From Candidatus Bathyarchaeota archaeon (lineage in GTDB: Archaea; Thermoproteota; Bathyarchaeia; Bathyarchaeales; Bathycorpusculaceae): DNA of 64,000 bases. A program made the position numbers and the translations under genes. The stretch's first letter is position 1; the number at the start of each line of letters is the position of its first letter. The stretch is from positions 32,001 through 96,000 of the forward strand of contig CAVYRJ010000007.1 of assembly GCA_963770935.1 (NCBI GenBank), read 5' to 3'. Below the pieces are notes generated by a model. It did not search any database and was not told where the DNA came from. It worked only from the letters and a program-made list of their open reading frames with translations. Shown here in pieces: positions 40,933 to 51,463 of this stretch.

Positions 40933-42006
40933 TTAAAATGTTTCAGTGACTTCTTTGGCTGGACAAATTACTGAACCATCATGCATGTGAACGCTGTCTT
41001 TAACTCTGGCAAGGTCGCCAATTACACAGCCCTTGGGAAGTTTGACGCCTTTGCCTATTTTTGCTCCTTCTCCAACGATTGCTCCGTTGAGGATGGCACC
41101 GTCGGCTATTTGAGCTTCTGCAAAGATTACTGAATTGGCAATTTGTGCGTTTGTGCCCACTTTGACGTTTTTGCCCAAGATTGCATATGGGCCTATGACT
41201 GATTTTTCCCCAATTGAGACGCCTTCATCCAAAGCAATGGGGTTCTTTAACTCGAAGGATGCTGGATTTTTTTGTTCAACTTTTTTTGAGATGGCGTCGA
41301 GAACTATTTTGTTTGCTTCTAAGTACTCTTGTGGCTTGCCAATATCTATCCATAAGCCATTGATGCAGTGGCCGCACAACTTGCCTTCCTCTGCCAACTT
41401 GGGAAAAACTTCTCGTTCCAAAGAAACTGCTCTACCCCCCGGAATATACTCGAAGATTTCTGGACTGAGAACGTAGGCTCCTGCGTTTATTAGGTTGCTT
41501 GGTGCATGCCCTCTGGCTGGTTTCTCAACGAACCGCCTGATTGTGCTGTCGTGTAGGTCTGCAACGCCAAAACTGCACGGATCCTCGACTTTGCAGAGCG
41601 CAATTGTAGCTAACGCGCCCGTTTTTCTATGGGTCTCAAGCAGTTCTCGATAGTTAATGTCAGCATATATGTCGCCGTTTAGCATGATAAAAGGTTCGTC
41701 ATGCCCGATTAGTTTCTCAGCTTTCTTTAGTGGACCACCTGTTCCCAGCGGCATCTTGGGCGGGTCAACGGAAAATCGGACTTTCAGACCACATTTTAAC
41801 GGTTTATGTTGACGAATATAGAAACGGGTAAGTGCGTTGACGGCGAGGATGGCTTCGTTTACACCGTTGTTGACTAAACGTTCAAAAGTCCACTGAAGAA
41901 GAGGCTTGTTTACTATAGGAAAAAGAGTTTTCGGCCTAGAACAACTCAGCGGTCGAAGTCTTGTGGCAAAGCCACCCGCTAAAATCAATGCTTTCAGAGA
42001 TGTCAC
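40933..42006 (-). CDS. NDP-sugar pyrophosphorylase (mannose-1-P guanylyltransferase-like)
   Basis: LAGGFATRLRPL..PK, FVEKP, WIDIGKP, hexapeptide repeats. Confidence 0.9.
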   Translation of the reverse strand: MTSLKALILAGGFATRLRPLSCSRPKTLFPIVNKPLLQWTFERLVNNGVNEAILAVNALTRFYIRQHKPLKCGLKVRFSVDPPKMPLGTGGPLKKAEKLIGHDEPFIMLNGDIYADINYRELLETHRKTGALATIALCKVEDPCSFGVADLHDSTIRRFVEKPARGHAPSNLINAGAYVLSPEIFEYIPGGRAVSLEREVFPKLAEEGKLCGHCINGLWIDIGKPQEYLEANKIVLDAISKKVEQKNPASFELKNPIALDEGVSIGEKSVIGPYAILGKNVKVGTNAQIANSVIFAEAQIADGAILNGAIVGEGAKIGKGVKLPKGCVIGDLARVKDSVHMHDGSVICPAKEVTETF

Positions 42007-42087
42007 CTTGGTGTATGTAGTACAGTAATGATGCTGTTTTTATTTAAACGGTTATGGCGCTTAAATCTGAATTGAGGGTATCCAAAT

Positions 42088-43638
42088 TTATTCCCACTCG
42101 ATTGTTGCTGGTGGCTTATGAGTAATGTCATAGACAACGCGGGTAACCTGTGGAATCTCGTTTGTTATTCGGGTAGAAATCTTCTCCAAGATGTGGTAGG
42201 GAATCTTGGCAAAACTTGCTGTCATGGCTTCACGGCTCTCCATTGCTCGCACAGCAACAACGTAGCCGTACGCGCGTGCATCACCCTTAACGCCAGTAGC
42301 TTTCGTGTCTGTAACCACCGCAAAGTACTGCCATAGGTTCTCCATTAGATCATTCTTCTCGATTTCTTCTCGGACAATTTTGTCGGCTTTTTTTGCAATA
42401 ACGACTTTTTCGTCGGTTAACGGTCCGATTATCCGTACAGCTAAGCCTGGTCCTGGGAAGGGTTGGCGGTTGACTATTTCTTTGGGTAAATCCAGCATTC
42501 TTGCGACTTTGCGGACTTCGTCTTTGTATAGGTCTCGGAGAGGCTCGAGGATTTTCTTAAACTTTATCTTATCCGGCAACCCGGCAACGTTGTGGTGCGA
42601 TTTTATTTTGTCAGAGTTTTTTCTGAATCCTGATTCAATCCTGTCTGGGTAGATGGTGCCTTGGATCAGGTATATGGCGTCTGACTCATTGGCGATTTCT
42701 TCAAAAACCCTGATGAACTCCTCGCCCATAATTTTTCGTTTAGTTTCGGGCTCGGTGATTCCTCTCAATTTAGCCATGAACCTTTCTTGGGCGTTGGCAA
42801 CGAAAAATCGGATTGGAAATTTTTGGAAGGCTTCGCGAATTTGTTCTGTTTCGCCTTCCCGCATGAAACCATGGTCAACATAAACCGCAGTTAATTTTTC
42901 GCCGAGAGCTTTAGCTGCCAATGCCGTAGCGACGCTGGAGTCTATCCCTCCGCTTAACCCAATAATGGCTCTGGCGCCATGGGTTTCGGTTTGGAGTTCT
43001 TTTATCATTTTTCCTATGAGGTCTTCCATCTGCCAGTTAGCTTTGCATTTGCAGACTTGGAAGATAAAGTTTTGAAGCATGCGCATGCCCTTTTCGGTAT
43101 GTATGACTTCAGGGTGCCATTGGAGTCCGTAGATTGGTTTGGTTTTGTGCCTAAACGCTGCAACGGGGCAGTTTTCTGTGTGAGCTAACGATTCGAATCC
43201 TGGAGGCGGAGAGAAAACTGTGTCGCCATGGCTCATCCAAACCTTCTCACTCTCACTTAACCCTTCCAATACGCCCACTGGCTTGTCTATTGAGACTTGG
43301 GCAATGCCATATTCTTTGCAGGTTGCCGGTTCAACTTTGCTGCCGGTTAGTTGAGCTAAAAGCTGATGCCCATAGCACAAACCAAGAATTGGTAAGTCCA
43401 CTTCTAAGATGCGTGGATGAAGTTTAGGAGCGTTTGGTTCATATACGCTTGAGGGTCCGCCTGAAAAAATCATGCCTTTGACGTTAAACTTTTCATTTAG
43501 AGCCGCTACTTCTTCGGGTGAGATGTCGTGGGGAACTATTTCTGAGTAGACACCATGTTCCCTGATTCTTCTGCCGATGAGGTGGCAGTATTGCCCGCCG
43601 AAGTCCAAGACGAGTATCGTGTCGTATTTTGCTTGCAT
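42088..43638 (-). CDS. guaA: GMP synthase, fused GATase + ATPPase
   Basis: DFGGQY, GLCYGHQ, QWHPEV, SGGIDS, IKSHHNV and KPPATIEWE. Confidence 0.96.
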   Translation of the reverse strand: MQAKYDTILVLDFGGQYCHLIGRRIREHGVYSEIVPHDISPEEVAALNEKFNVKGMIFSGGPSSVYEPNAPKLHPRILEVDLPILGLCYGHQLLAQLTGSKVEPATCKEYGIAQVSIDKPVGVLEGLSESEKVWMSHGDTVFSPPPGFESLAHTENCPVAAFRHKTKPIYGLQWHPEVIHTEKGMRMLQNFIFQVCKCKANWQMEDLIGKMIKELQTETHGARAIIGLSGGIDSSVATALAAKALGEKLTAVYVDHGFMREGETEQIREAFQKFPIRFFVANAQERFMAKLRGITEPETKRKIMGEEFIRVFEEIANESDAIYLIQGTIYPDRIESGFRKNSDKIKSHHNVAGLPDKIKFKKILEPLRDLYKDEVRKVARMLDLPKEIVNRQPFPGPGLAVRIIGPLTDEKVVIAKKADKIVREEIEKNDLMENLWQYFAVVTDTKATGVKGDARAYGYVVAVRAMESREAMTASFAKIPYHILEKISTRITNEIPQVTRVVYDITHKPPATIEWE

Positions 43639-43846
43639 TATAGTGGCTCAGAACTTATTGGGGTTTAGGCTCTAATTTAACATTACTATCTATTTTCTGT
43701 TAAAAATCAGGCGTTACTGTACCCCTGGATTGTTGATTTATGATTCATTGTTCGGGGAAAAACTAAACTTTTATTAACTTAATCATCTGAATATCAGAAG
43801 GATGTTCCAAAAAAGCCAGTTCGGCTGAAAGAACGTGCAGGGTAGG

Positions 43847-44296
43847 ATGGTTATAGAATTGAATGAAACTGACGTAAAAATTCTAAAAGGTCTCCTAGAG
43901 GATGCAAGGTTCTCGAGCAGACAAATCGCCAAGAATGTTGGCGTTTCAGTCGGCACAGTCTTGTCTAGAATTAAAAAGATGGAAGAAGACGGTTTAATCA
44001 AAGGGTACTCAGTTATCTTGGACCATGAAAAACTCGGTTTTCAATTGACTGTAGTGACTGAAATCACAGTCTCCAAAGGCAGACTTGTTGAAACAGAAAA
44101 CGAAATAGCCAAAATCCCCAATGTCTGCGGAGTCTACGACGTTACAGGCTTAACCGATGCCATCATCGTTGCCAAATTCAAGAGTCGCGAAGACTTAGGC
44201 GGATTCACCAAAAAACTACTCTCGTTGCCGTACATAGAACGCACAAACACTCACGTAGTGTTAACGACAGTGAAAGAAAACTTCCGGTTACTCTAA
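43847..44296 (+). CDS. Lrp/AsnC transcriptional regulator
   Basis: HTH (DARFSSRQIAK...GTVLSRIKKM) plus RAM domain (YDVTG). Confidence 0.92.
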   Translation: MVIELNETDVKILKGLLEDARFSSRQIAKNVGVSVGTVLSRIKKMEEDGLIKGYSVILDHEKLGFQLTVVTEITVSKGRLVETENEIAKIPNVCGVYDVTGLTDAIIVAKFKSREDLGGFTKKLLSLPYIERTNTHVVLTTVKENFRLL

Positions 44297-44314
44297 AAGG
44301 AATAAGCCGAAAAC

Positions 44315-45376
44315 TTAGGGATTAGCTTTTTCAGAGTGATTTTCCATCTTGTACTTTAGTTCTGGCGCGGCGATGGTGATTTTTGTTCCTGCCGCCACAG
44401 GACTGGTTATCCATACGTTTCCACCTATAACTACGTTGTCGCCTACTATGGCTTCTGCTCCCAGAAGTGTTGCGCCTGAATAGATGACTACATTGTTGCC
44501 GATGGTTGGGTGGCGTTTTCTGCCTTTTATTATGTTTCCTTTCTCGTCTTTTGGAAAGCTTAGCGCGCCCAAGGTTACGCCTTGGTAGAGTTTAACGTTG
44601 TCTCCGATTTCCGCTGTTTCGCCGATGACTACACCTGTGCCGTGGTCTATGAAGAAGCTTTTGCCGATTTTTGCGCCTGGATGAATGTCTATTCCTGTTA
44701 GGGAGTGCATGTGCTCGCTCATTATCCTTGAAATCAGTGGCACACCATTCAAGTAGAGCTCATGCGCTATCCTGTACGTAGAAATTGCGAGAACACATGG
44801 ATAACTTAGGATAACTTCTTCTGAGCTTACTGCTGCTGGGTCACCGATATATGCTGCTTCAATATCTCCGCTAAGCATGGAGCGGATTTCGGGCAGTTTT
44901 TCAAGAAGTTCCTTAACTACGACATGGGCGCGTTTTTGGCACACGTCCTGTGGGCACTCGCTGATTTTTCTGCATATGTACTTGAGGCTTTTCTCAACCT
45001 CTCCCGTTAGTCGCGTATAAACCGAAGTGAGTTTTGTGCCGAGATAGTATTTTACGTTGGCTTTGGTGATTTCTGAATCGCCTAAGTAACCTGGGAAGAG
45101 AATCGTGAATAAATCTTCTAAGACTTCAATAACTACTTTTTTAGCTGGCAGGTCTTTGCCTTCAAGATGATCCATGCCGCCGAACTTTTGGTAGTTGACC
45201 ATGATTTCGTCGACTAGTTTGGGAAGGCCTTTTTCAACCCAATCCTGCTCCACTTTGTCATTGTTTCGCATAAGGGCATCTAGCATTCTGTCTGGGTTCC
45301 AGCAGTCTGCTTCGAATTTTTTTTCTTTGCATTCTTGGCAATCTTTTGGTCGGAACTGGTTGGGTTTTGTGGACAT
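44315..45376 (-). CDS. cysE: serine O-acetyltransferase (EpsC type)
   Basis: [33 protein letters not shown] and KRHPTIG. Confidence 0.93.
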   Translation of the reverse strand: MSTKPNQFRPKDCQECKEKKFEADCWNPDRMLDALMRNNDKVEQDWVEKGLPKLVDEIMVNYQKFGGMDHLEGKDLPAKKVVIEVLEDLFTILFPGYLGDSEITKANVKYYLGTKLTSVYTRLTGEVEKSLKYICRKISECPQDVCQKRAHVVVKELLEKLPEIRSMLSGDIEAAYIGDPAAVSSEEVILSYPCVLAISTYRIAHELYLNGVPLISRIMSEHMHSLTGIDIHPGAKIGKSFFIDHGTGVVIGETAEIGDNVKLYQGVTLGALSFPKDEKGNIIKGRKRHPTIGNNVVIYSGATLLGAEAIVGDNVVIGGNVWITSPVAAGTKITIAAPELKYKMENHSEKANP

Positions 45377-45447
45377 TTTCTTTCCCTTTCTCTACTATGT
45401 GAAAAGGGGGAATATAAGAAAAGCGTCTTTTTGACGCAAATTATATG

Positions 45448-46377
45448 TTAAGATTTTAGGTCTTGGAACAAAACCGTGCTTAAGTAGCGTTCTCCTGTAT
45501 CTGGTAGGATGACGACTATTAGTTTGCCTTTGTTCTCTTCTCTTTTTGCGATTTCTATGGCGGCGTATGCAGCTGCTCCAGAAGATATCCCGACAAGTAA
45601 GCCTTCCTGTTGAGCAAGTTGTCTTGCCGTTTCCAGTGCCTGGTCGTCAGTTACTTTAAAAATTTCATCAATCAAATCCATCTTTAACACGTCGGGTTTA
45701 AAACCTGCACCTATACCTTGAATTTTGTGGGGTCCTTTCTTTCCACCGCTTAGCACTGGCGATCCTGCCGGTTCAACCGCCACGGTCTTTAACTCTGGCT
45801 TTTGCGGTTTAATGAACTGCGCGATGCCTGTTATGGTTCCGCCTGTCCCCACGCCCGCAACAAGGATGTCTACTTTGCCATCGGTGTCTTCCCAGATTTC
45901 AGGTCCAGTGGTCTCTTTGTGCACTTTGGGGTTGGCTAGGTTTTTGAATTGTTGAGGCATGAAACTGTTTGGGGTGACTGCGATGAGTTCTTCGGCTTTT
46001 TTAATTGCTCCACCCATGCCGTCGGGTCCTGGTGTTAGCACAAGCTGTGCTCCGTAGGCTTTGAGGAGGTTGCGGCGTTCCACACTCATTGTTTCAGGCA
46101 TGGTTAGGATAAGTTTGTAGCCTTTGACTGCTGCTACCATGGCTAAGCCGATGCCTGTGTTGCCTGAGGTAGGTTCGATCAGAGTTCCGCCGGCCTTTAG
46201 GCCTAGTTTTTCTGCCTCGGCTATCATGCTTTGACATATGCGGTCTTTGACGCTGCCGCCCGGGTTTCTGGCTTCTATTTTGGCGAGTACAGTGGCGTTG
46301 GCTCCTTTAGTTAGTTTGTTTATTTGGACAAGGGGTGTTTTTCCGATTGTTTCAAGGACGTTTTGGTTGATTTTCAT
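45448..46377 (-). CDS. cysK: cysteine synthase A
   Basis: [32 protein letters not shown] and DTGERYLST. Confidence 0.96.
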   Translation of the reverse strand: MKINQNVLETIGKTPLVQINKLTKGANATVLAKIEARNPGGSVKDRICQSMIAEAEKLGLKAGGTLIEPTSGNTGIGLAMVAAVKGYKLILTMPETMSVERRNLLKAYGAQLVLTPGPDGMGGAIKKAEELIAVTPNSFMPQQFKNLANPKVHKETTGPEIWEDTDGKVDILVAGVGTGGTITGIAQFIKPQKPELKTVAVEPAGSPVLSGGKKGPHKIQGIGAGFKPDVLKMDLIDEIFKVTDDQALETARQLAQQEGLLVGISSGAAAYAAIEIAKREENKGKLIVVILPDTGERYLSTVLFQDLKS

Positions 46378-46394
46378 TTTTAACACCTAATTAT

Positions 46395-46430
46395 TATAAC
46401 AGTGTTATAGAGAGCGTTGTTATAAACTTT
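46395..46430 (-). promoter_or_regulatory. cysK promoter (BRE/TATA) with downstream inverted repeat
   Basis: Minus strand AAAGTTTATA at 46430-46421; TATAACA-G-TGTTATA at 46395-46409. Confidence 0.5.
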
Positions 46431-46543
46431 ATCACTCATTAACACTCGTAAAACACTATAACACACTAAACCTAAAACACTTACGCCAAAACACAAAGTA
46501 AAGCCTTTAAATGAGCCCTGTTCCTATATTTCCGCAACACAAC

Positions 46544-46631
46544 GCGGAGGTCGCCCAGCATGGCCAAAGGCGTAGGACTGAGGCTCCTATCCCGCAGGGG
46601 TTCGTGGGTTCAAATCCCACCCTCCGCACCA
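46544..46631 (+). tRNA. tRNA-Leu(GAG), CCA encoded
   Basis: Acceptor GCGGAGG/CCTCCGC-A-CCA, anticodon arm TAGGA-CTGAGGC-TCCTA, long variable arm, GGTTCAAATCC T-loop; TTTAAA box at about 46506. Confidence 0.96.
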
Positions 46632-46699
46632 AAATTCAAGTTTTCCGAATACACAAAAGTAAAATAACTGTTTATAGCAATTGACAATCGGCGACTCGT

Positions 46700-47072
46700 A
46701 TGCCTATTTCAGTTAGGTGCCAATTTACTCAACGTTTTACAGTTTCTGCCCAAGAAGCATTCGACTGGTGTACAAACTCCGTGGAATTGCAGGGAGAATT
46801 GAGAAGCAAAAGTTAGTTCACATCTACCCGGACCACTACAAATGGACATCAACGCATTTAACGGGTCCAATTAAGCCTCCCAATTCCTTTATCAGATAAC
46901 ACCACAGGGCAAAGATGCTACAGTTTTAACCTTTGAAGCGCTTCACATAAATTACGATGGAAAAGCTGATGCTAAACTATTTGCTGAGCGATTATGCAAA
47001 GAAGATGCTCATGCATGGAAACTTTTGGCAGTCGCGATGGTTGAAGACAAGAACAGACGTCAGAAGTCTTAG
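46700..47072 (+). pseudogene. fragmented hypothetical gene (START/SRPBCC-like appearance)
   Basis: Three successive frames read MPISVRCQFTQRFTVSAQEAFDWCT / EKQKLVHIYPDHYKWTSTHLTGP / SQFLYQITPQGKDATVLTFEA...LCKEDAHAWKLLA. Confidence 0.55.
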
Positions 47073-47276
47073 ACCTTTGATTTCCACAAAATAGTTCTTT
47101 GTCCAAGAACTCTTTTTTAAATCATTTGCCTTCATATAAAACGGTTGGATTCTCCGGGCATGATTGATATTTTTGCGGTCAATTGGTTTTTCCATCAATA
47201 TAACGATTTTCTTAAGTAACGCATAAAAGCCAATGATACACAGTGATAATTTAACACCAAGAAAGGTTTGGTAACA

Positions 47277-47891
47277 ATGTCTGCTAAAACTCAACAGAGA
47301 AAATTCGTTTCAGTTGACCCAGGCAAATGCATTGGTTGCGGAATCTGCGAGTACGCTTGCACCGTGGAAAAGGGTGAAGGCATCTGGAATCCTCTTAGGT
47401 CCAGAATCAGGGTTGTCCGCATGGCACCTATCTTCAATTTTGCTTTAACTTGTCGAGGGTGCCAAGATGCAAGATGTGTAAAAGCGTGTCCCGAACGAGC
47501 TCTCTCACAATCAGAAAGTACAGGATTACTACTTATTGATCAGGATAAATGCAAGGGCTGCGATTGGTGTGTTCAAGCCTGTGAACATGGAGGAATCACC
47601 ATTCATTCTGAAACAGGAAAAGCTATCGCATGCAACCTCTGTGAAGGCGAACCAAAATGCGTCGAATCCTGTCCAGAGGAAGCCTTAGAAATTGTTGAGT
47701 CAGACGAAGCAGCCGAAAAACGTTTCAATGACGCATTCACAAACCTGGCAGCGCAAACAGAAAAATTAACTGCAGCCGTCAAGAGCAAAGATTGGAAGCC
47801 GCTGTTAGCTACTGCCGAAAAACGTTCTGAGAAAATCACAGAGAAACTGCAAGCCTTAAACAAGAAGGAAAAAGCTAAAAAACAAAAATAA
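47277..47891 (+). CDS. 4x[4Fe-4S] dicluster protein (DmsB/HydN-like) with C-terminal helical tail
   Basis: CIGCGICEYAC, CRGCQDARCVKACP, CKGCDWCVQAC and CNLC...CVESCP. Confidence 0.9.
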   Translation: MSAKTQQRKFVSVDPGKCIGCGICEYACTVEKGEGIWNPLRSRIRVVRMAPIFNFALTCRGCQDARCVKACPERALSQSESTGLLLIDQDKCKGCDWCVQACEHGGITIHSETGKAIACNLCEGEPKCVESCPEEALEIVESDEAAEKRFNDAFTNLAAQTEKLTAAVKSKDWKPLLATAEKRSEKITEKLQALNKKEKAKKQK

Positions 47892-47900
47892 CTTTTTTCC

Positions 47901-48752
47901 TTACAACAAGTTTCCTTCGTAACCACGCAGAAGACTGTCGATGTCTAATCCGACTTTCTCGCCAACGTAACCGCCTTCCAGAACAAAGAAAGCTGGTTTT
48001 TTTAATTGTGCTACTTTTTTGCCGATCTCAAAATAGTCCTGCTCAACTAAGCCTAAAGTAGCTAAATCACCTTGATGTGTGTCAAAGCCTGCGGAAACTG
48101 CTACGGCCTCAAACTTGGCTAAATCAACCATACTTAATGCTTTGTCGAGAGTTTCCAAATATCTTTTTCCGCCAAGATCCCCTGGTAAGGCGAAGTTTAT
48201 GCAGTTGCCCTCTGTGAAGTTGCCTGTTCCAGGGTAATTGGGTGACTGGTGAAGGGAAACATAAGTTACTTTTGGGTCGCCTTGAAAAATTTCTTGCGTA
48301 CCGTTTCCATGGTGTCCATCGATGTCTAGGATCAAGGTGTGTTTCCCTGATTCTTTGACTGCTATGGCGATGTTATTTAGGTAGCAGAATCCACGAGTGT
48401 AAGCTCCCAGTGCAGCACCGTTCCTTCCAACGTGGTGTCCAGGTGGACGCATAAGCGAAAAACCATTAATCTTGCTCGCTAAGAGTGCACTGCCAGCCGA
48501 GAGTCTAGCGAACTCATAGATGTTGTTGTATGCAGGTGTATCTGAATCTTCAACTAACCCTTTTTTTACGTTAAAAAGGTAATCAGCATCATGAATTCCT
48601 AGCAGTTCCCAATCGTCTGCTGGCGAGGGCTCCACAAACTCCCGACCCTTGGATTCCAAAATGTCATGCGCTCCTTTTACTCTCTGAGGTCCTTCAATGT
48701 GCCATGTGCCATAGCCTAAGCATTTTTCTGAATAGACTATTTTTGTTTTCAT
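47901..48752 (-). CDS. histone deacetylase/acetylpolyamine amidohydrolase family protein
   Basis: RPPGHH, GFCYLNN, DIDGHHGNGTQ, SAGFD and LEGGY. Confidence 0.92.
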   Translation of the reverse strand: MKTKIVYSEKCLGYGTWHIEGPQRVKGAHDILESKGREFVEPSPADDWELLGIHDADYLFNVKKGLVEDSDTPAYNNIYEFARLSAGSALLASKINGFSLMRPPGHHVGRNGAALGAYTRGFCYLNNIAIAVKESGKHTLILDIDGHHGNGTQEIFQGDPKVTYVSLHQSPNYPGTGNFTEGNCINFALPGDLGGKRYLETLDKALSMVDLAKFEAVAVSAGFDTHQGDLATLGLVEQDYFEIGKKVAQLKKPAFFVLEGGYVGEKVGLDIDSLLRGYEGNLL

Positions 48753-48849
48753 CGCGGGTTGCATCCATTAGACACATAAGTACGCTTTCACATTTTAAAA
48801 ACATAACTAGCCAAAATTAACATTACCGAAGTAATCGGAGACAAAGTTC

Positions 48850-50799
48850 ATGGTCGCTCAGAATCCATTTGACAACTTTCGCCAAGAATGCCAAACTACA
48901 TTAGCAAACGCATTAAACAAGACTCTGCCTGAAATCAAACAAGCCACAATAATTCTAAACAAAACACCAAACATCGAATATGGACAATTAGCTTCATCTC
49001 TGTGCTTTGAGATGGCAAAAAAACTTGGACAGAAACCAATCGTTTTAGCCAAGCAACTTGTCGACGCCATGGACAAATATAGTTTCTGTCTCATTGAGAA
49101 GGTTGCGCCTGCAGGTGCAGGATACATAAACTTCTATGCTAACTTCGCCAAATTCTCATCTTTAACCTTGAAGTCAGTTAAAGCATTAGGGTTTGAATAC
49201 GGCTTTGTAAAAACTGATAAGCCTCAAAAAATAATCGTTGAACATACCAGCGTTAATCCGCTGCATCCCATCCATATTGGTCAAGCCAGAAATCCAATGC
49301 TTGGGGATGCACTGGCGAGGATTCTCCAGTACAGAGGGCATGAAGTTTCACGGCACTATTACATTGATGATGTTGGTCGACAATCATCTGTGGTTGCATA
49401 TGGGTATGCTAAACTTGGTAGACCAAAACCTACTGAGAAAGCAGACCTTTTCGTAGGTAAAATATACACAGTTACTAGTTGCCTAGTGGAGATAAATCGC
49501 CTAAAGAAAGCACGCGAGCATGCCAATGCCGTTCATTCAGCTGATGATTTAGTTAAGGCAAACAAAGAAATCGATGAGTGGATGTCGATTGCGGTTGAGC
49601 TTAAAGAAAAGTTTCCTGTGCTTTTCGAGGCGTTAACCGCAGAAATCGGTTTAGATGAGAACCCGGAAGAAGAAATCAACCGGTTGAACCGCGCTTACGA
49701 AGATGGTGAACCAAACGCAAAACAGCTCATCCGGGAAGTGAGCGATTTGTGCCTTGAAGGCTTTAGGGAAACCATGAAGCGTGTCGGAGTCACTTATGAT
49801 TCGTGGGATTGGGAGAGCGATTTCGTTTGGAGCACGCAAGTTAATGATGTTTTGGCAAAGCTGAAGACTTCAATGTTTGTTCATAGCGAAAAGGGCGTGT
49901 TGGAGTTTGACGCTGAAAAGGTTGTACAGGTCTTTGGTTTAAAGGCGAAGTTGGATTTAAGCCCAAACAACGAGGTTCCTCCACTTACGCTTGGACGCGC
50001 TGACGGCACCACACTCTATACAACCCGAGACATAGCCTATACCCTCTGGAAGTTTAAGCAAGCCCAAAAAGTCATCAACGTAATCGGCATGGAGCAGTCG
50101 CTGGCACAGTTGCAGCTGAAAATTGCGCTTTACGCCATGGGTTATATTGAGTATGCTGAGAACTTGGTGCATTTCGCCTACAACTTGGTTACGTTGCCAG
50201 GTTACAAGATGAGCAGCAGAAGAGGACACTACATCACGTTTGACGACGTTTTGACCGAAGCGGTTCAACGTGCTTATGAAGAGGTTTCGAAGCGTTCACC
50301 GATGCTCTCTGAGGAGGAGAAACGCACTATCGCCGACTTCGTAGGTTTAGGTGCTGTGCGGTATGCACTCGTCGACGTGGATTCTTCTAAGCCAGTGGTG
50401 TTCACTTGGGAACGTGTGCTGAACTTCGAAACCAACAGTGCACCCTATGTTCAATATACTCATGCAAGAGCCTGCAGCATCCTTCGCAAAGCTGCGCGTG
50501 ACCCCGAAAAACCAATGTTTGAACTGCTAACTGAAAAGCTTGAACACGAACTCATCTTAGCTTTAGCTGGGTTCCCTGACATGTTCATCGAAGCCACAGA
50601 ATACCATAAACCCAACATGATTGCCGACTATACAAACGTACTTGCGGATAAATTCAACACATTCTACAACGCTTATCCCGTGATTAAGGCGGATTCACGA
50701 GAGCTTAGCGATGCTAGAATTGCCTTGACACAAGCAATAAAAACCGTGATGCATAACGCACTTAACTTGATTGGTGTGGTTGCCCCAGAAAAAATGTAG
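48850..50799 (+). CDS. argS: arginyl-tRNA synthetase
   Basis: EHTSVNPLHPIHIGQARN, DGTTLYTTRD, KMSSRRG, PYVQYTHAR, terminal PEKM. Confidence 0.96.
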   Translation: MVAQNPFDNFRQECQTTLANALNKTLPEIKQATIILNKTPNIEYGQLASSLCFEMAKKLGQKPIVLAKQLVDAMDKYSFCLIEKVAPAGAGYINFYANFAKFSSLTLKSVKALGFEYGFVKTDKPQKIIVEHTSVNPLHPIHIGQARNPMLGDALARILQYRGHEVSRHYYIDDVGRQSSVVAYGYAKLGRPKPTEKADLFVGKIYTVTSCLVEINRLKKAREHANAVHSADDLVKANKEIDEWMSIAVELKEKFPVLFEALTAEIGLDENPEEEINRLNRAYEDGEPNAKQLIREVSDLCLEGFRETMKRVGVTYDSWDWESDFVWSTQVNDVLAKLKTSMFVHSEKGVLEFDAEKVVQVFGLKAKLDLSPNNEVPPLTLGRADGTTLYTTRDIAYTLWKFKQAQKVINVIGMEQSLAQLQLKIALYAMGYIEYAENLVHFAYNLVTLPGYKMSSRRGHYITFDDVLTEAVQRAYEEVSKRSPMLSEEEKRTIADFVGLGAVRYALVDVDSSKPVVFTWERVLNFETNSAPYVQYTHARACSILRKAARDPEKPMFELLTEKLEHELILALAGFPDMFIEATEYHKPNMIADYTNVLADKFNTFYNAYPVIKADSRELSDARIALTQAIKTVMHNALNLIGVVAPEKM

Positions 50800-50959
50800 A
50801 CTTACAAAATAGTTGAAAGCACAAATAAAACAAAAAACCAAACCACCAACATCTGTTTACAACCAAACCTTTCGTGCTCAGTTTTGCTTCTATAAAGGGC
50901 TAAACCTAAAACAACAAAATAGAAATAAAGTGAAACAAAATAAAAAATTAGTTAGACAT

Positions 50960-51232
50960 TTACTCTAAAGGTTTGACGGGGGCTATTACCTCTTTTTCAA
51001 GGCTTTCTTTTTCAACGCGAGAAGACATAACTGCAACTACTAGCGAAAGCACGGCGATAAACAGATACGGCAGTATATTCGATAAGACAAAAAATGCAAC
51101 ATATTCTGCTGGGGCATCAGGACTCGCAATTTGAAGAAGATAGAAAGTGTCGATGGCTGATAAAACCACAAATATTGTGGATGCGATTGCGAAGAAAATA
51201 GCAACTTTTTGTATGATTTTCAAGTTATTCAT
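50960..51232 (-). CDS. small 2-TM membrane protein
   Basis: Two hydrophobic helices and a charged C-terminal tail. Confidence 0.6.
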   Translation of the reverse strand: MNNLKIIQKVAIFFAIASTIFVVLSAIDTFYLLQIASPDAPAEYVAFFVLSNILPYLFIAVLSLVVAVMSSRVEKESLEKEVIAPVKPLE

Positions 51233-51463
51233 TATTTATCCCTATTATCTTTTGTATGGTGAACTGTCTCATTTTAAGCTATTGCCAAATCTGCTTATTT
51301 GGTAATCTATTCACACTACTGTTTCACGAGGTCACAAAAATCGGTGTCACCCAATAATTTTTTGCATTTTCTATGGTGTCTTCCAAGATATTTTTTCGTT
51401 TATTTGAGGTAGATTTTTTAGATATGACCGAAATTATTCATAAAAGAAACTTGAGGCGATAAT

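Noticed and set aside
42025-42070. C/D box sRNA (ATGATGC...CTGA)
   Set aside because: Box C is imperfect, there are no clear D'/C' boxes, and the region is explained as the promoter of the downstream gene
46529-46700. Integrated element or att site at tRNA-Leu
   Set aside because: No integrase and no duplicated tRNA 3' end found; the upstream TCCGCA match is only 6 nt
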